DNA from: an uncultured Bacteroidales bacterium
Lineage (GTDB): Bacteria; Bacteroidota; Bacteroidia; Bacteroidales; Muribaculaceae
Assembly (NCBI GenBank): GCA_902782465.1
Contig: CACZNH010000007.1
Location: 53,687-117,686 of the forward strand
Reading direction: 5' to 3'
DNA: 64,000 bases
Shown: in pieces, positions 38,249-47,015 of the stretch
Position numbering within the stretch: position 1 is the stretch's first letter
Layout of the letters: every line of letters starts with the position of its first letter
Position numbers and translations under genes: made by a program
Notes under the pieces: model-generated
What the model was told of the DNA's origin: nothing
Database searches by the model: none
Seen by the model: only the letters and a program-made list of their open reading frames with translations

Positions 38249-39964
38249 ATGAAATCACTCAAATCAATTATACTGTGTGGACTGGGTGTTGTCCTGCTGT
38301 CGCTGGCTTCTTGCTCGGATGTGCTCGACACTGAGCCTTATGATCAGTTTACCAAGGACAACTACTTTACCAGTGAGACCAATGTCCAGCTGTTCGCCAA
38401 CTATTTCTACAACACCTTCACGGGTTATGGCAGCGGCAGTGGTGACTACTATTTCAACACCCTGAACGACGACCAGGCTTCCACGGGTATCACTCAGTGG
38501 AGCTTCACGAGTGTTCCCGGTAGTTCTGGCTCTTGGAACACCCCCTATGTGGAAATCCGCCGTGCCAACACCCTTATCGAAGCTGTTCCCGGTGTTGACG
38601 CTATGTCCGAGGCCAAGAAGGCCAACTGGATTGGTATCGGTCGCCTGTACCGCGCATGGCAGCACTACAAGCTCGTTCGCAGCTATGGTGACTGCTACTG
38701 GGTGGACAAGGTGCTTGATCCCAATGACGAAGACATCCTCTATGGTCCCCGTCAGCCCCGCAACGACGTGATGGACAAGGTGCTCGAGGACCTGAACTTC
38801 GCCTGCGCCAACATCACCGACAACGCCAACTCGCGCGTCGCTTTCAACAAGTGGGTTGCTCTGGCTATGAAGGCCGAGGTTTGCCTCTATGAAGGTGACT
38901 ACAGCAAGTATATGACCAACAACACCGAGCGCGCCAACCGTTACCTCAACGAGGCCAAGAACGCCTGCGAGCAGATCATGAGCTCGGGCAACTTCAGCCT
39001 GAACGGCAATTTCCAGGCTAACTTCAACTCGCTTGACCTGGCTGGTAACCCCGAGATGATTATGTACAAGAAGTACATCCAGAGCACCTTTGCTCACGGT
39101 ACCATCGACTACACCTGCGGTTCTACCCAGGTTAAGGGTATGACCAAGGATGCCTTCGACAGCTACCTGTTCCGTGATGGTAAGCCCCTGGCAACCACCA
39201 GCCTGAACAAGAGCGATCACGGTACCATTGTTGTCCTCGACGACAACTCGGGTCTGGGTGAGGCTCCCCACATCGACATCAGCAACGTGCTCGCCAACCG
39301 CGACCCGCGTCTGAGTGCTCAGGTGGACAAGATTCTCCAATTCCCCGGCAGTGGCTACGCCCGCTTTGGCGGTGCCCAGTCTACCGCTTCGACCGGCTAC
39401 GGTGTTTACCTGTTCGATACCAACCTGATCGACAACACCAACCGTCAGAGCACCTATGGTAACTGGACCGACGCTCCCATCTTCTGGTATGCCGAAATTC
39501 TGTTGAACTATGCCGAGGCCTGCGCCGAGCTGGGTAACATCAGCCAGAACGACCTCGACAAGTCCATCAACCTGCTGCGTGACCGCGTGGGCATGCCCCA
39601 CCTGCTGACCAGCGTTGAGGCCGATCCCGCCAACAACATGGGCGTGAGCAATATCATCTGGGAGGTTCGCCGTGAGCGTCGCGTCGAGATGATGTACTGC
39701 ATGAACGACCGCTACTTCTCGCTGCTGCGTTGGAACAAGCTCTCGCTGCTCGACACCGATGCCAACCCCAACCTGAGCCGTGGTGCTTATGTTGCCGGAT
39801 TTGATGCTATCAGCCTGGCTGAGGTTGATGTTGACCCCGACGGTTACATCAACTGCTCGAACAACGGTACTCCCCGCAAGTGGGATACCAAGTACAACCT
39901 GTTCCCCATTCCCGACGATCAGCGCAACCTGAATCCTCAGATTGGCCAGAACCCCGGTTGGTAA
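38249..39964 (+). CDS. SusD/RagB-family outer-membrane lipoprotein
   Basis: Start preferred at MKSLKSIILCGLGVVLLSLASC (lipobox). Downstream partner of the SusC fusion. Confidence 0.85.
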   Translation: MKSLKSIILCGLGVVLLSLASCSDVLDTEPYDQFTKDNYFTSETNVQLFANYFYNTFTGYGSGSGDYYFNTLNDDQASTGITQWSFTSVPGSSGSWNTPYVEIRRANTLIEAVPGVDAMSEAKKANWIGIGRLYRAWQHYKLVRSYGDCYWVDKVLDPNDEDILYGPRQPRNDVMDKVLEDLNFACANITDNANSRVAFNKWVALAMKAEVCLYEGDYSKYMTNNTERANRYLNEAKNACEQIMSSGNFSLNGNFQANFNSLDLAGNPEMIMYKKYIQSTFAHGTIDYTCGSTQVKGMTKDAFDSYLFRDGKPLATTSLNKSDHGTIVVLDDNSGLGEAPHIDISNVLANRDPRLSAQVDKILQFPGSGYARFGGAQSTASTGYGVYLFDTNLIDNTNRQSTYGNWTDAPIFWYAEILLNYAEACAELGNISQNDLDKSINLLRDRVGMPHLLTSVEADPANNMGVSNIIWEVRRERRVEMMYCMNDRYFSLLRWNKLSLLDTDANPNLSRGAYVAGFDAISLAEVDVDPDGYINCSNNGTPRKWDTKYNLFPIPDDQRNLNPQIGQNPGW

Positions 39965-40014
39965 TTAGACTCTAAGCGTTAGGCTCTAGGCCTAACGACC
40001 AAAACATCCAATAA

Positions 40015-40063
40015 CGGCTGCCGCCGCGTCGATTCACCTCGACACAGCGGCAGCCTTCATTTT
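40015..40063 (+). terminator. Intrinsic terminator after SusD
   Basis: ggctgccgc (40015-40023) pairs with gcggcagcc (40046-40054). There is an inner gtcga/tcgac pair. It is followed by ttcattttt. Confidence 0.5.
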
Positions 40064-40312
40064 TGCCCAAAGCCCGTAAGGGCTGGCAAGACTATAGGCA
40101 GGTGGTGAAGTGAGCTGTAAGCTCACGAAACCCCTGCAAACAGGAATTATATAGGATGAGCCCTGTAGGGGCGGCAGACTAGGTGGTCAGTACTTTTCTG
40201 TCACTCCTTCGGAGTTTTGAATTTGTGTGCTACAAAGCAGGGGCTCCACTCGGCTATGCCTCGTTTCACCCCTGCCTATTATCTTTGCAGGCCTTCGGCC
40301 TTCTTATGTCCT
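40064..40312. repeat. Nested-palindrome intergenic element (MITE/REP-like)
   Basis: ataggcaggtggtgaa (40093-40108) faces ttcacccctgcctat (40274-40288). cccctgc faces gcagggg. There are several small tetraloop-type hairpins (agccc gtaa gggct; gtgagc tgta agctcac; actcc ttcg gagt; ggcc ttcg gcc). Confidence 0.6.
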
Positions 40313-40329
40313 CACCTAAAAGCTTAAAA

Positions 40330-41097
40330 TCACTGATAGTCGCGGATGCGGACGTCGATGCCGCTGCCGTCGAGGAGTTTTACTACCTGCTGGATGTCGG
40401 TCTGGCCGTAGTGGTAGGGGAAGAGTACGGTGGGCTTAATCATCATGGCGGCCTGGGAACACTGCTCGGGCGACATGGTGTAGGGCAGGTTGCAGGGCAG
40501 GAAGGCCACGTCGATGTCCTTGATGGTACCCATCTCGGGGATATCCTCGGTGTCACCAGCAATGTAGATGCGCATGCCCTCGATGGTGAGCACAAAGCCG
40601 TTGTCACGGCCCTTGGGGTGGAACTGCAGTTTCTCGGGCGAATTGTTGTAGGCGGGAACAGCCTCGACTACCCATTCCTCGGGCAGGATGCGGGTGTCGC
40701 CGTTGGCCATCACGTCGCCCTTGCCGCCCAGAATCTCGTGGCAGCGGGCATTGGTAATGAGGACGGTACCCTGTTTGCTCAGCTGGTTGATGGCCACCGA
40801 GTCCAGGTGGTCAAAGTGCTCATGCGTCACCAGGATGTAGTCGGCCTTGGGTAGGGTAGAGTAGTCGGTCACAGGCTCCACAGCCTTGGTGACGGGGTCA
40901 ACATAAATCCATTTGTCGCCCACTTGCATCCTGAGGCTTCCGTGCTTGATGCAGTACATTTTCACTGTCGTGCCCTCTCTGGTCTGGAACACGTCACAAC
41001 CCTGTTCTACACTCTCTCCACTCTGCGCAGTGCAACAGCACATGGCGCCAACAATCGTCATTGCCATAATCAAAAATTTTACTCTCATTGTTATCAA
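40330..41097 (-). CDS. MBL-fold metallo-hydrolase (probable lipoprotein)
   Basis: HEHFDH (HxHxDH) motif. The N-terminal hydrophobic segment ends in MCCC. Confidence 0.8.
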   Translation of the reverse strand: MITMRVKFLIMAMTIVGAMCCCTAQSGESVEQGCDVFQTREGTTVKMYCIKHGSLRMQVGDKWIYVDPVTKAVEPVTDYSTLPKADYILVTHEHFDHLDSVAINQLSKQGTVLITNARCHEILGGKGDVMANGDTRILPEEWVVEAVPAYNNSPEKLQFHPKGRDNGFVLTIEGMRIYIAGDTEDIPEMGTIKDIDVAFLPCNLPYTMSPEQCSQAAMMIKPTVLFPYHYGQTDIQQVVKLLDGSGIDVRIRDYQ

Positions 41098-41177
41098 TAG
41101 TTTGGGTTTACAGCGCTAAAGGTAGTCATTTTATTTAAAAACAAATGCCAAAACGATGATTTTTCAAGATTTTTTCC

Positions 41178-41185
41178 TACCTTTG
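41178..41185 (+). promoter_or_regulatory. Candidate -7 promoter box TACCTTTG
   Basis: Fits TAnnTTTG, 34 nt upstream of ATG 41219. The same octamer also precedes the GT4 gene (27325-27332) and nifJ (61695-61702). Confidence 0.35.
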
Positions 41186-41218
41186 CCCCTCAAATAAACT
41201 CAAAAGTACTGGGAAATC

Positions 41219-42904
41219 ATGAAGAAGTATGATGAGCTCAAGGTGTTCTGCAAGAATACCAACGAGTATATCAGTATAGACGGGGGCGACACGCTGCTCG
41301 ACTTATACGACTCCATTAAGGGCCGTCTGGGACTCCAGGGCGAAGCAGTGTGTGTGCTTGTCAACAACAAGGTCGAGGACCTTAATTACCCTGTGTTCTC
41401 ACCCAAGCACGTTGAGTTCATCGATGCCACCACCAATGCAGGCTACCGCGTGATGACACGCTCGCTGTGCATGGTGCTCTACAAAGCGCTCAACGACCTG
41501 TTTCCCGGTAAACGTCTGTGCATCCAGCACAGCATCAGCAACGGCCACTATTGTCAAATCAAGCATGAGGAGGATTTCCTCACGCCCGAGATTATCGGGC
41601 AGCTCAAGGAGCGCATGGCCGAGATTATCGCTGCCGACATTCCCTTCAAGCGCCGTGAGCGCCTCACCACCGACGTCATCGAACTGTTCCGCAAGCAGGG
41701 CCTAAAGGACAAGGTGCGCCTGCTGGAAGGCATCAATCAACTCTATACCGTCTATTACAGGCTCGATGACATCGTCGACAGCTTCTTTGGTCCGCTGGTG
41801 CCCTCGACAGGGCTGCTCAAGACCTTTGACCTGGTGCCCTACGAGCAGGGAATGCTGCTGCTGGGACCCGACCGCAAGAATCTGGACCAGGTGATCAAGT
41901 GGGAACCGCAACCCAAACTGTTCCAGGCCTTTACCGACTACATCAACTTCAACAAGATTATCCGTCTGGGCGACGTCGGCGAGTTGAATCAAGCCATCAA
42001 AAAGGGTTATGCCCCGTTGCTCATCAACGTCGTCGAGGCACTCCACAATAAGCACTTCATCCAGATTGCCGACGAGATTACACGCCGTTACAACGAGGGC
42101 GGTGCCCGCGTGGTGCTCATTGCCGGTCCCTCATCGAGCGGCAAGACCACCTCGTCCAAGCGCTTGGCTATCCAGCTGATTACCAACTGCATCGTCCCCA
42201 AGGTTATTGAACTCGACAACTACTTCGTCAACCGCGACCGCACGCCGCGCGACGAGAACGGCGATTATGACTACGAGTCGCTCTACGCCCTCGACCTGGA
42301 GCAGTTCAACAAGGACGTCACCGACCTGCTTGCAGGCAAGGAGGTCGCTCTGCCCACCTTCAATTTTGTGAAGGGCGAGCGTGAATATCTGGGCAATACC
42401 CTCAAACTTGAGCAGGGTGATATCCTGCTCATGGAAGGCATCCACGGTCTGAATCCCGAACTGACGCGCCTCATCCCCGAGGAGCAGAAGTTCCGCCTCT
42501 TTGTGTCGGCGTTGACCACGTTGAGCATCGACGACCACAACTGGATTGGCACCTACGACAACCGACTGCTGCGCCGCATCATCCGCGACCACCAGTACCG
42601 TGGCAGCAACGCCCAGCAGACCATCCAGCGCTGGGCCAGCGTACGCCGCGGCGAAAACAAGTGGATTATGCCGTTCCACGAGAATGCCGACGCCATGTTC
42701 AACTCGTCGTTGCTGTTCGAGCTGTCGGTGATGAAGAACTACGCGCTGCCCATCCTGCAACAGGTGCCCAGCAACACGCCCGAATATGCCGAGGCGTCCC
42801 GACTGATGAAGTTCTTGAGTTACTTCGAACCTCTGGACGAGAAAGACATTCCCAGTACGAGTTTGCTGCGTGAATTCCTGGGCGGAAGCAGCTTCCACTA
42901 CTAA
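41219..42904 (+). CDS. Uridine-kinase/phosphoribulokinase-family P-loop kinase with a long N-terminal (TGS/ThrRS-additional-domain-like) extension
   Basis: P-loop IAGPSSSGKTTSSKRL in the C-terminal half, 561 aa. The description of the N-terminal half is from memory of similarly sized 'nucleoside kinase' proteins. Confidence 0.75.
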   Translation: MKKYDELKVFCKNTNEYISIDGGDTLLDLYDSIKGRLGLQGEAVCVLVNNKVEDLNYPVFSPKHVEFIDATTNAGYRVMTRSLCMVLYKALNDLFPGKRLCIQHSISNGHYCQIKHEEDFLTPEIIGQLKERMAEIIAADIPFKRRERLTTDVIELFRKQGLKDKVRLLEGINQLYTVYYRLDDIVDSFFGPLVPSTGLLKTFDLVPYEQGMLLLGPDRKNLDQVIKWEPQPKLFQAFTDYINFNKIIRLGDVGELNQAIKKGYAPLLINVVEALHNKHFIQIADEITRRYNEGGARVVLIAGPSSSGKTTSSKRLAIQLITNCIVPKVIELDNYFVNRDRTPRDENGDYDYESLYALDLEQFNKDVTDLLAGKEVALPTFNFVKGEREYLGNTLKLEQGDILLMEGIHGLNPELTRLIPEEQKFRLFVSALTTLSIDDHNWIGTYDNRLLRRIIRDHQYRGSNAQQTIQRWASVRRGENKWIMPFHENADAMFNSSLLFELSVMKNYALPILQQVPSNTPEYAEASRLMKFLSYFEPLDEKDIPSTSLLREFLGGSSFHY

Positions 42905-42914
42905 CGAGAATAAC

Positions 42915-42952
42915 TAGGCTCTATTGCGCTGTGCGATAGAGCCTAATTTTTT
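42915..42952 (+). terminator. Intrinsic terminator between the two kinase paralogues
   Basis: taggctctat (42915-42924) pairs with atagagccta (42936-42945), followed by tttttt. Confidence 0.55.
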
Positions 42953-42991
42953 AATTGAAAATATATCAAAACTACATAAACGACACAACGA

Positions 42992-44038
42992 ATGACTGAC
43001 ATTACAGCAAGCACACAAGGGCAGCAGACCGATGTTAAGAAACAGCATCAGTCACTGGAGGAATTCTGTGGTGACATCCGCCGCATGGAATCCCAGGGAA
43101 TGGATGGCATATCGCTCTTTAACAAGGTTATTTCCAGCGGTATGGCTCCTGACCTGATTGCCGAGGATGAGGTGCAGCACAGCCGCTGGCTGGAACGCAT
43201 TACCACCGAAATCACACGCCGTTTCCGCCAGGAAGGCATGCGCGTGGTGCTCGTCGCCGGACCCTCCTGCTCGGGCAAGACCACCACGTCGCGCTTCCTC
43301 AACCACATGCTGCGTGACAACGGCATTCAACCCTGCGTCGTCTCGCTGGACAACTATTTCCTGAATCTGGACCAGCGTCCGTTGGATCCCAACGGCAACA
43401 TAGACTATGAGTCCTTCTACGGTCTCGATGTCAAACAGTTGGGCCGAGACGTTGCCAGTCTGCTGGCTGGAGACCAAGTGTCGATGCCTACCTACGACTA
43501 CATTAAGGGAGAGCGCACCTACCGCGGCAACACCCTCAAACTCGAGAGCAACAGCCTGCTATTCCTTGAGGGTCTGCATGCCCTGAACCCGCTGCTGGTG
43601 CCCGACATTGATGAGGACAAAAAGTTCAAACTCTTTGTCACCGCCCAGGCAACCGTCTATTACGGCGAGAAATCGGGCCTTGATGAACACGACAACCGAC
43701 TGCTGCGACGCATCTACCGCGATTATAACAGCCGCGGTGCCAGTGCCCTGCAGACCCTGCAGTGGTGGCCCGGTGTGCTGCGTGGTGAGAACCTGTGGAT
43801 TTTGCCGTTTGCCTGCCAAGCCGATGCCTGGTTCAACACCTCGATGGTGTTTGAATTCTCGGCCATCAAGTCACGCGTGTCACAGTTGCTCAAGGAGGTT
43901 CCCGAGAGCGAACCCGTCGAGTACAAGATTGCACAACGTCTATCCCGAATCCTCGACCGCATCGCCCCGCTCACCCAGGAAGACTTCTCGGCCATCGCCC
44001 CCAAGCGCAAGTTCCTGCTCAGCAACGACGGGAAATAA
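42992..44038 (+). CDS. Uridine-kinase-family P-loop kinase, short paralogue of the upstream gene
   Basis: P-loop VAGPSCSGKTTTSRFL. It is colinear with the C-terminal half of 41219..42904 (LDNYF.N.D..P.D.NG..DYES.Y.LD, LLRRI.RD...RG..A..T...W..V.RGE..WI.PF). Confidence 0.75.
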   Translation: MTDITASTQGQQTDVKKQHQSLEEFCGDIRRMESQGMDGISLFNKVISSGMAPDLIAEDEVQHSRWLERITTEITRRFRQEGMRVVLVAGPSCSGKTTTSRFLNHMLRDNGIQPCVVSLDNYFLNLDQRPLDPNGNIDYESFYGLDVKQLGRDVASLLAGDQVSMPTYDYIKGERTYRGNTLKLESNSLLFLEGLHALNPLLVPDIDEDKKFKLFVTAQATVYYGEKSGLDEHDNRLLRRIYRDYNSRGASALQTLQWWPGVLRGENLWILPFACQADAWFNTSMVFEFSAIKSRVSQLLKEVPESEPVEYKIAQRLSRILDRIAPLTQEDFSAIAPKRKFLLSNDGK

Positions 44039-44103
44039 ACAGCCTCCCATCTAGGTGCTCTAGATTATCTAGTATATCAACATCTAGCATAAGATAATGC
44101 GGC

Positions 44104-44229
44104 CGTGTCATAATTCAATTGCAAGGATTATAACCGCCCTGCGGGCGGGAAATTAAGCAAATTAATAATAAAATTTGTTTAATTTCCCGTGCGAAAGCAC
44201 GGTTATATTACCATGTAGCAATTATGACA
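44104..44229. repeat. ~125-bp compound palindrome between convergent genes
   Basis: gtgtcataatt (44104-) faces aattatgacac (-44229). Inner ataacc/ggttat and gggaaatta..caaatt / aatttg..taatttccc also pair. Each arm carries its own small hairpin (cgccc tgc gggcg; ccgtgc gaaa gcacgg). Confidence 0.7.
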
Positions 44230-44236
44230 CAGCGTC

Positions 44237-45460
44237 TCATTCTTCATCCGGGTCGCTGACGACTTGGAAGTCCTTGTTCTCGTCCTCGTAGTCGCTCTCC
44301 CAGTATTCCTCGCTCCATTGCTTGCTGCCCGAGTCCACCATCTTGCCGCCGGCATCGGGAGCCTCATCCTCCAGGTCCTCGGCGCCAAAGATGAAGTCGT
44401 CCTCGGCCTGCTCGCGGTGGCGGGCATCCAGGTCGTGGTGGGTCAACGTGTCGGGGATACGGTTGCGCTCGTCGTTGATGGTGCGCCACAACAGGTCCTT
44501 CAGTTCCGTCAGGCCCATCTGCGCCACACTTGAGATGAAGACACAGGGAATATCGTCGGGCACTTCAGGGCGCATTTGTTCGATGAGTTCGTCGTCCAGC
44601 ATGTCACACTTGGTGATGGCGAGCACGCGAGGTTTCTCTACCAAGTCAGGGTTGAACGTCTCCAACTCACGGCACAGGATGCCGTATTCCTTGCGGATGT
44701 CGTCACTGTCGGCAGGCACCATGAACAGCAGCACAGCGTTGCGCTCGATGTGGCGCAGGAAACGCAGTCCCAGGCCGCGGCCCTCGCTGGCACCCTCGAT
44801 GATGCCGGGGATATCGGCCATGACAAATGACTGCTGCCCGCGATAAGAAACGATGCCCAAGTTGGGCTCCAGCGTTGTGAACGGATAGTTGGCGATTTTG
44901 GGCTTCGCAGCGCTGATGACACTCAACAGGGTTGATTTTCCCGCATTGGGAAAACCTACAAGTCCCACGTCGGCCAGCAGTTTCAACTCCAGAATGACAG
45001 CCTTTTCCACGCCCTTCTCGCCTGGCTGGGCAAAACGCGGCGTCTGCCTTGTCGCCGTCTTGAAATGCTGGTTTCCCAGACCGCCACGGCCACCGCGCAG
45101 CAGGCGCACGACCTGGCCGTCCTGCGTCACGTCACACAGGAACTGACCCGTCTCGGCGTCATAGACTGCCGTGCCGCACGGCACCTCGATGGTGCGGTCT
45201 TCACCATCCTTGCCCGTGCACTGGTTCTCGCTGCCAGCTTGTCCGTCGGTGGCAAACACATGGCGCTGGTACTTCAAGTGAATCAACGTCCACAGGTTGC
45301 GGTTACCCTTCAGAAAGATGTGGCCGCCACGGCCGCCATCGCCGCCGTCAGGACCGCCCTTGGGGACATACTTGGCGCGGTGGAGGTGAGCCGAGCCGGC
45401 GCCACCCTTGCCACTACGGCACAATATCTTCACATAGTCGATAAAATTGCTCTCTGCCAT
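44237..45460 (-). CDS. obg: GTPase Obg/CgtA
   Basis: Start placed at the internal ATG 45460 ([17 protein letters not shown]...[12 protein letters not shown] glycine-rich Obg fold). G motifs [18 protein letters not shown] and TKCD are present, with an acidic C-terminal tail. The upstream 148 codons of the track ORF overlap the lgt promoter region on the opposite strand. Confidence 0.9.
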   Translation of the reverse strand: MAESNFIDYVKILCRSGKGGAGSAHLHRAKYVPKGGPDGGDGGRGGHIFLKGNRNLWTLIHLKYQRHVFATDGQAGSENQCTGKDGEDRTIEVPCGTAVYDAETGQFLCDVTQDGQVVRLLRGGRGGLGNQHFKTATRQTPRFAQPGEKGVEKAVILELKLLADVGLVGFPNAGKSTLLSVISAAKPKIANYPFTTLEPNLGIVSYRGQQSFVMADIPGIIEGASEGRGLGLRFLRHIERNAVLLFMVPADSDDIRKEYGILCRELETFNPDLVEKPRVLAITKCDMLDDELIEQMRPEVPDDIPCVFISSVAQMGLTELKDLLWRTINDERNRIPDTLTHHDLDARHREQAEDDFIFGAEDLEDEAPDAGGKMVDSGSKQWSEEYWESDYEDENKDFQVVSDPDEE

Positions 45461-45547
45461 AACAATCCATATTTTCTGCAAATATACAGATAATTCTCGG
45501 AATTCTCCGTAATTTTGCATCCACAAAACAAAAATAACAACATTAAT

Positions 45548-46423
45548 ATGATATTGGATTCTGTTACTTGGACCGCGAGTCCTGAACTGTTCAGCACCGG
45601 TGCCATCACCGTCAGGTGGTATGGGCTGATGTTTGCCATCGGTTTTCTGGTGGGCTATGAGATTGTCTATCGCATCTTCCGCCACGAGGGAGCCAAAGAG
45701 AGCTGGGTGGGCAGTTTGTTCATCTATGTCGTGGTGGCAACCATCGTGGGAGCCCGCCTGGGTCATGTGTTTTTTTATGACTGGAGCTACTACAGCCAGC
45801 ATCTGGGCGAAATTCCCAAGATTTGGCAGGGTGGACTGGCCAGCCACGGCGGCACATTGGGCATCATCATCGCCATCTGGCTCTATAGCCGCTATGTGAC
45901 CCATAAACCCATGCTGTGGACCTTAGACCGCCTGGTGGTGCCCGTGGGATTGGTGGCAGCACTCATTCGCATCGGCAACCTGATGAACCATGAGATTTAC
46001 GGCGGTGAGACGTCGCTGCCTTGGGGTTTCCGCTTTATCGAGAATGTGGGACAATGGATGCAGGGAGCCGAACCCGTCTTCACTGCTCCATGCCACCCCA
46101 CACAGATTTATGAAGCAGCCTTCTACCTGCTGACCTTTGTCCTGTGCTTGCTCATGTACTGGCGCTGGCGTTGTCAGGAGAGGGAAGGACTGATCTTCGG
46201 CGTGTTCATGCTGGGCATCTTCGTGCCGCGCTTCTTCATCGAGTACATCAAGAACGTGCAGGAACCATGGGAAATCGCCATGCGTGCCAATTGGGGCATC
46301 GACCAGGGACAGTTGTTGAGCATCCCCTTCATTATCTTAGGCATCTGGCTCATCATCAGGGCTATGCGCCGCCCGCGCGTGCCACTGCAGTATCCCGACC
46401 GCTTTGCCGACGAGAAGAAATGA
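45548..46423 (+). CDS. lgt: Prolipoprotein diacylglyceryl transferase
   Basis: ATG 45548 (MILDSVTW) is preferred to the TTG track start. Motifs [10 protein letters not shown] and GGLASHGG, polytopic membrane protein. Confidence 0.88.
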   Translation: MILDSVTWTASPELFSTGAITVRWYGLMFAIGFLVGYEIVYRIFRHEGAKESWVGSLFIYVVVATIVGARLGHVFFYDWSYYSQHLGEIPKIWQGGLASHGGTLGIIIAIWLYSRYVTHKPMLWTLDRLVVPVGLVAALIRIGNLMNHEIYGGETSLPWGFRFIENVGQWMQGAEPVFTAPCHPTQIYEAAFYLLTFVLCLLMYWRWRCQEREGLIFGVFMLGIFVPRFFIEYIKNVQEPWEIAMRANWGIDQGQLLSIPFIILGIWLIIRAMRRPRVPLQYPDRFADEKK

Positions 46424-46458
46424 TTAGTGATTAGAGATTAGTGGTTAGAGATTAGTGA

Positions 46459-47001
46459 ATGGGACAGAAGAAGTCGATGGTGGAACTGCACCGCGTGGGT
46501 GTGGAAGAATATAAACGGGTGGAGAAACTGCCGGTGACGGTGGTGCTCGACAACGTGCGCAGCGAGATGAACGTGGGGTCGGTGTTCCGTACTGCCGACG
46601 CCTTCTTGATTGAGCGCATCTGCCTGTGCGGATTCACGCCGCAGCCGCCCAAGGCCGAAATCCACAAGACGGCCCTCGGCGCTGAGGATTCAGTATCATG
46701 GCAGCACTATTCTACCACTCTCGACGCCGTCAAACAACTTCGCAGCGAGGGTTACACCATCTGTTCCATCGAGCAGGTGCACGACAGCGTGAGCCTGGAA
46801 CAGTTTGACGTCGATAGGGTAGGAAAGGTCGCCATCGTTCTTGGCAATGAGGTGAAGGGCGTTGCCCAGGAGGTGGTCGATGCCAGTGACCTGTGCGTGG
46901 AGATTCCCCAAGCGGGTACCAAGCACTCGTTGAACATCTCGTGCTGCGCCGCCATCGTGATGTGGCACCTTTATCAACAGATAATAGATAACAGATATTA
47001 G
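46459..47001 (+). CDS. SpoU/TrmH-family RNA 2-prime-O-methyltransferase
   Basis: Motifs NVGSVFRTADAF, VLGNEVKGV and IPQAGTKHSLNISCCAAIVM. Confidence 0.85.
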   Translation: MGQKKSMVELHRVGVEEYKRVEKLPVTVVLDNVRSEMNVGSVFRTADAFLIERICLCGFTPQPPKAEIHKTALGAEDSVSWQHYSTTLDAVKQLRSEGYTICSIEQVHDSVSLEQFDVDRVGKVAIVLGNEVKGVAQEVVDASDLCVEIPQAGTKHSLNISCCAAIVMWHLYQQIIDNRY

Positions 47002-47015
47002 ATATCGTTTTGTAA

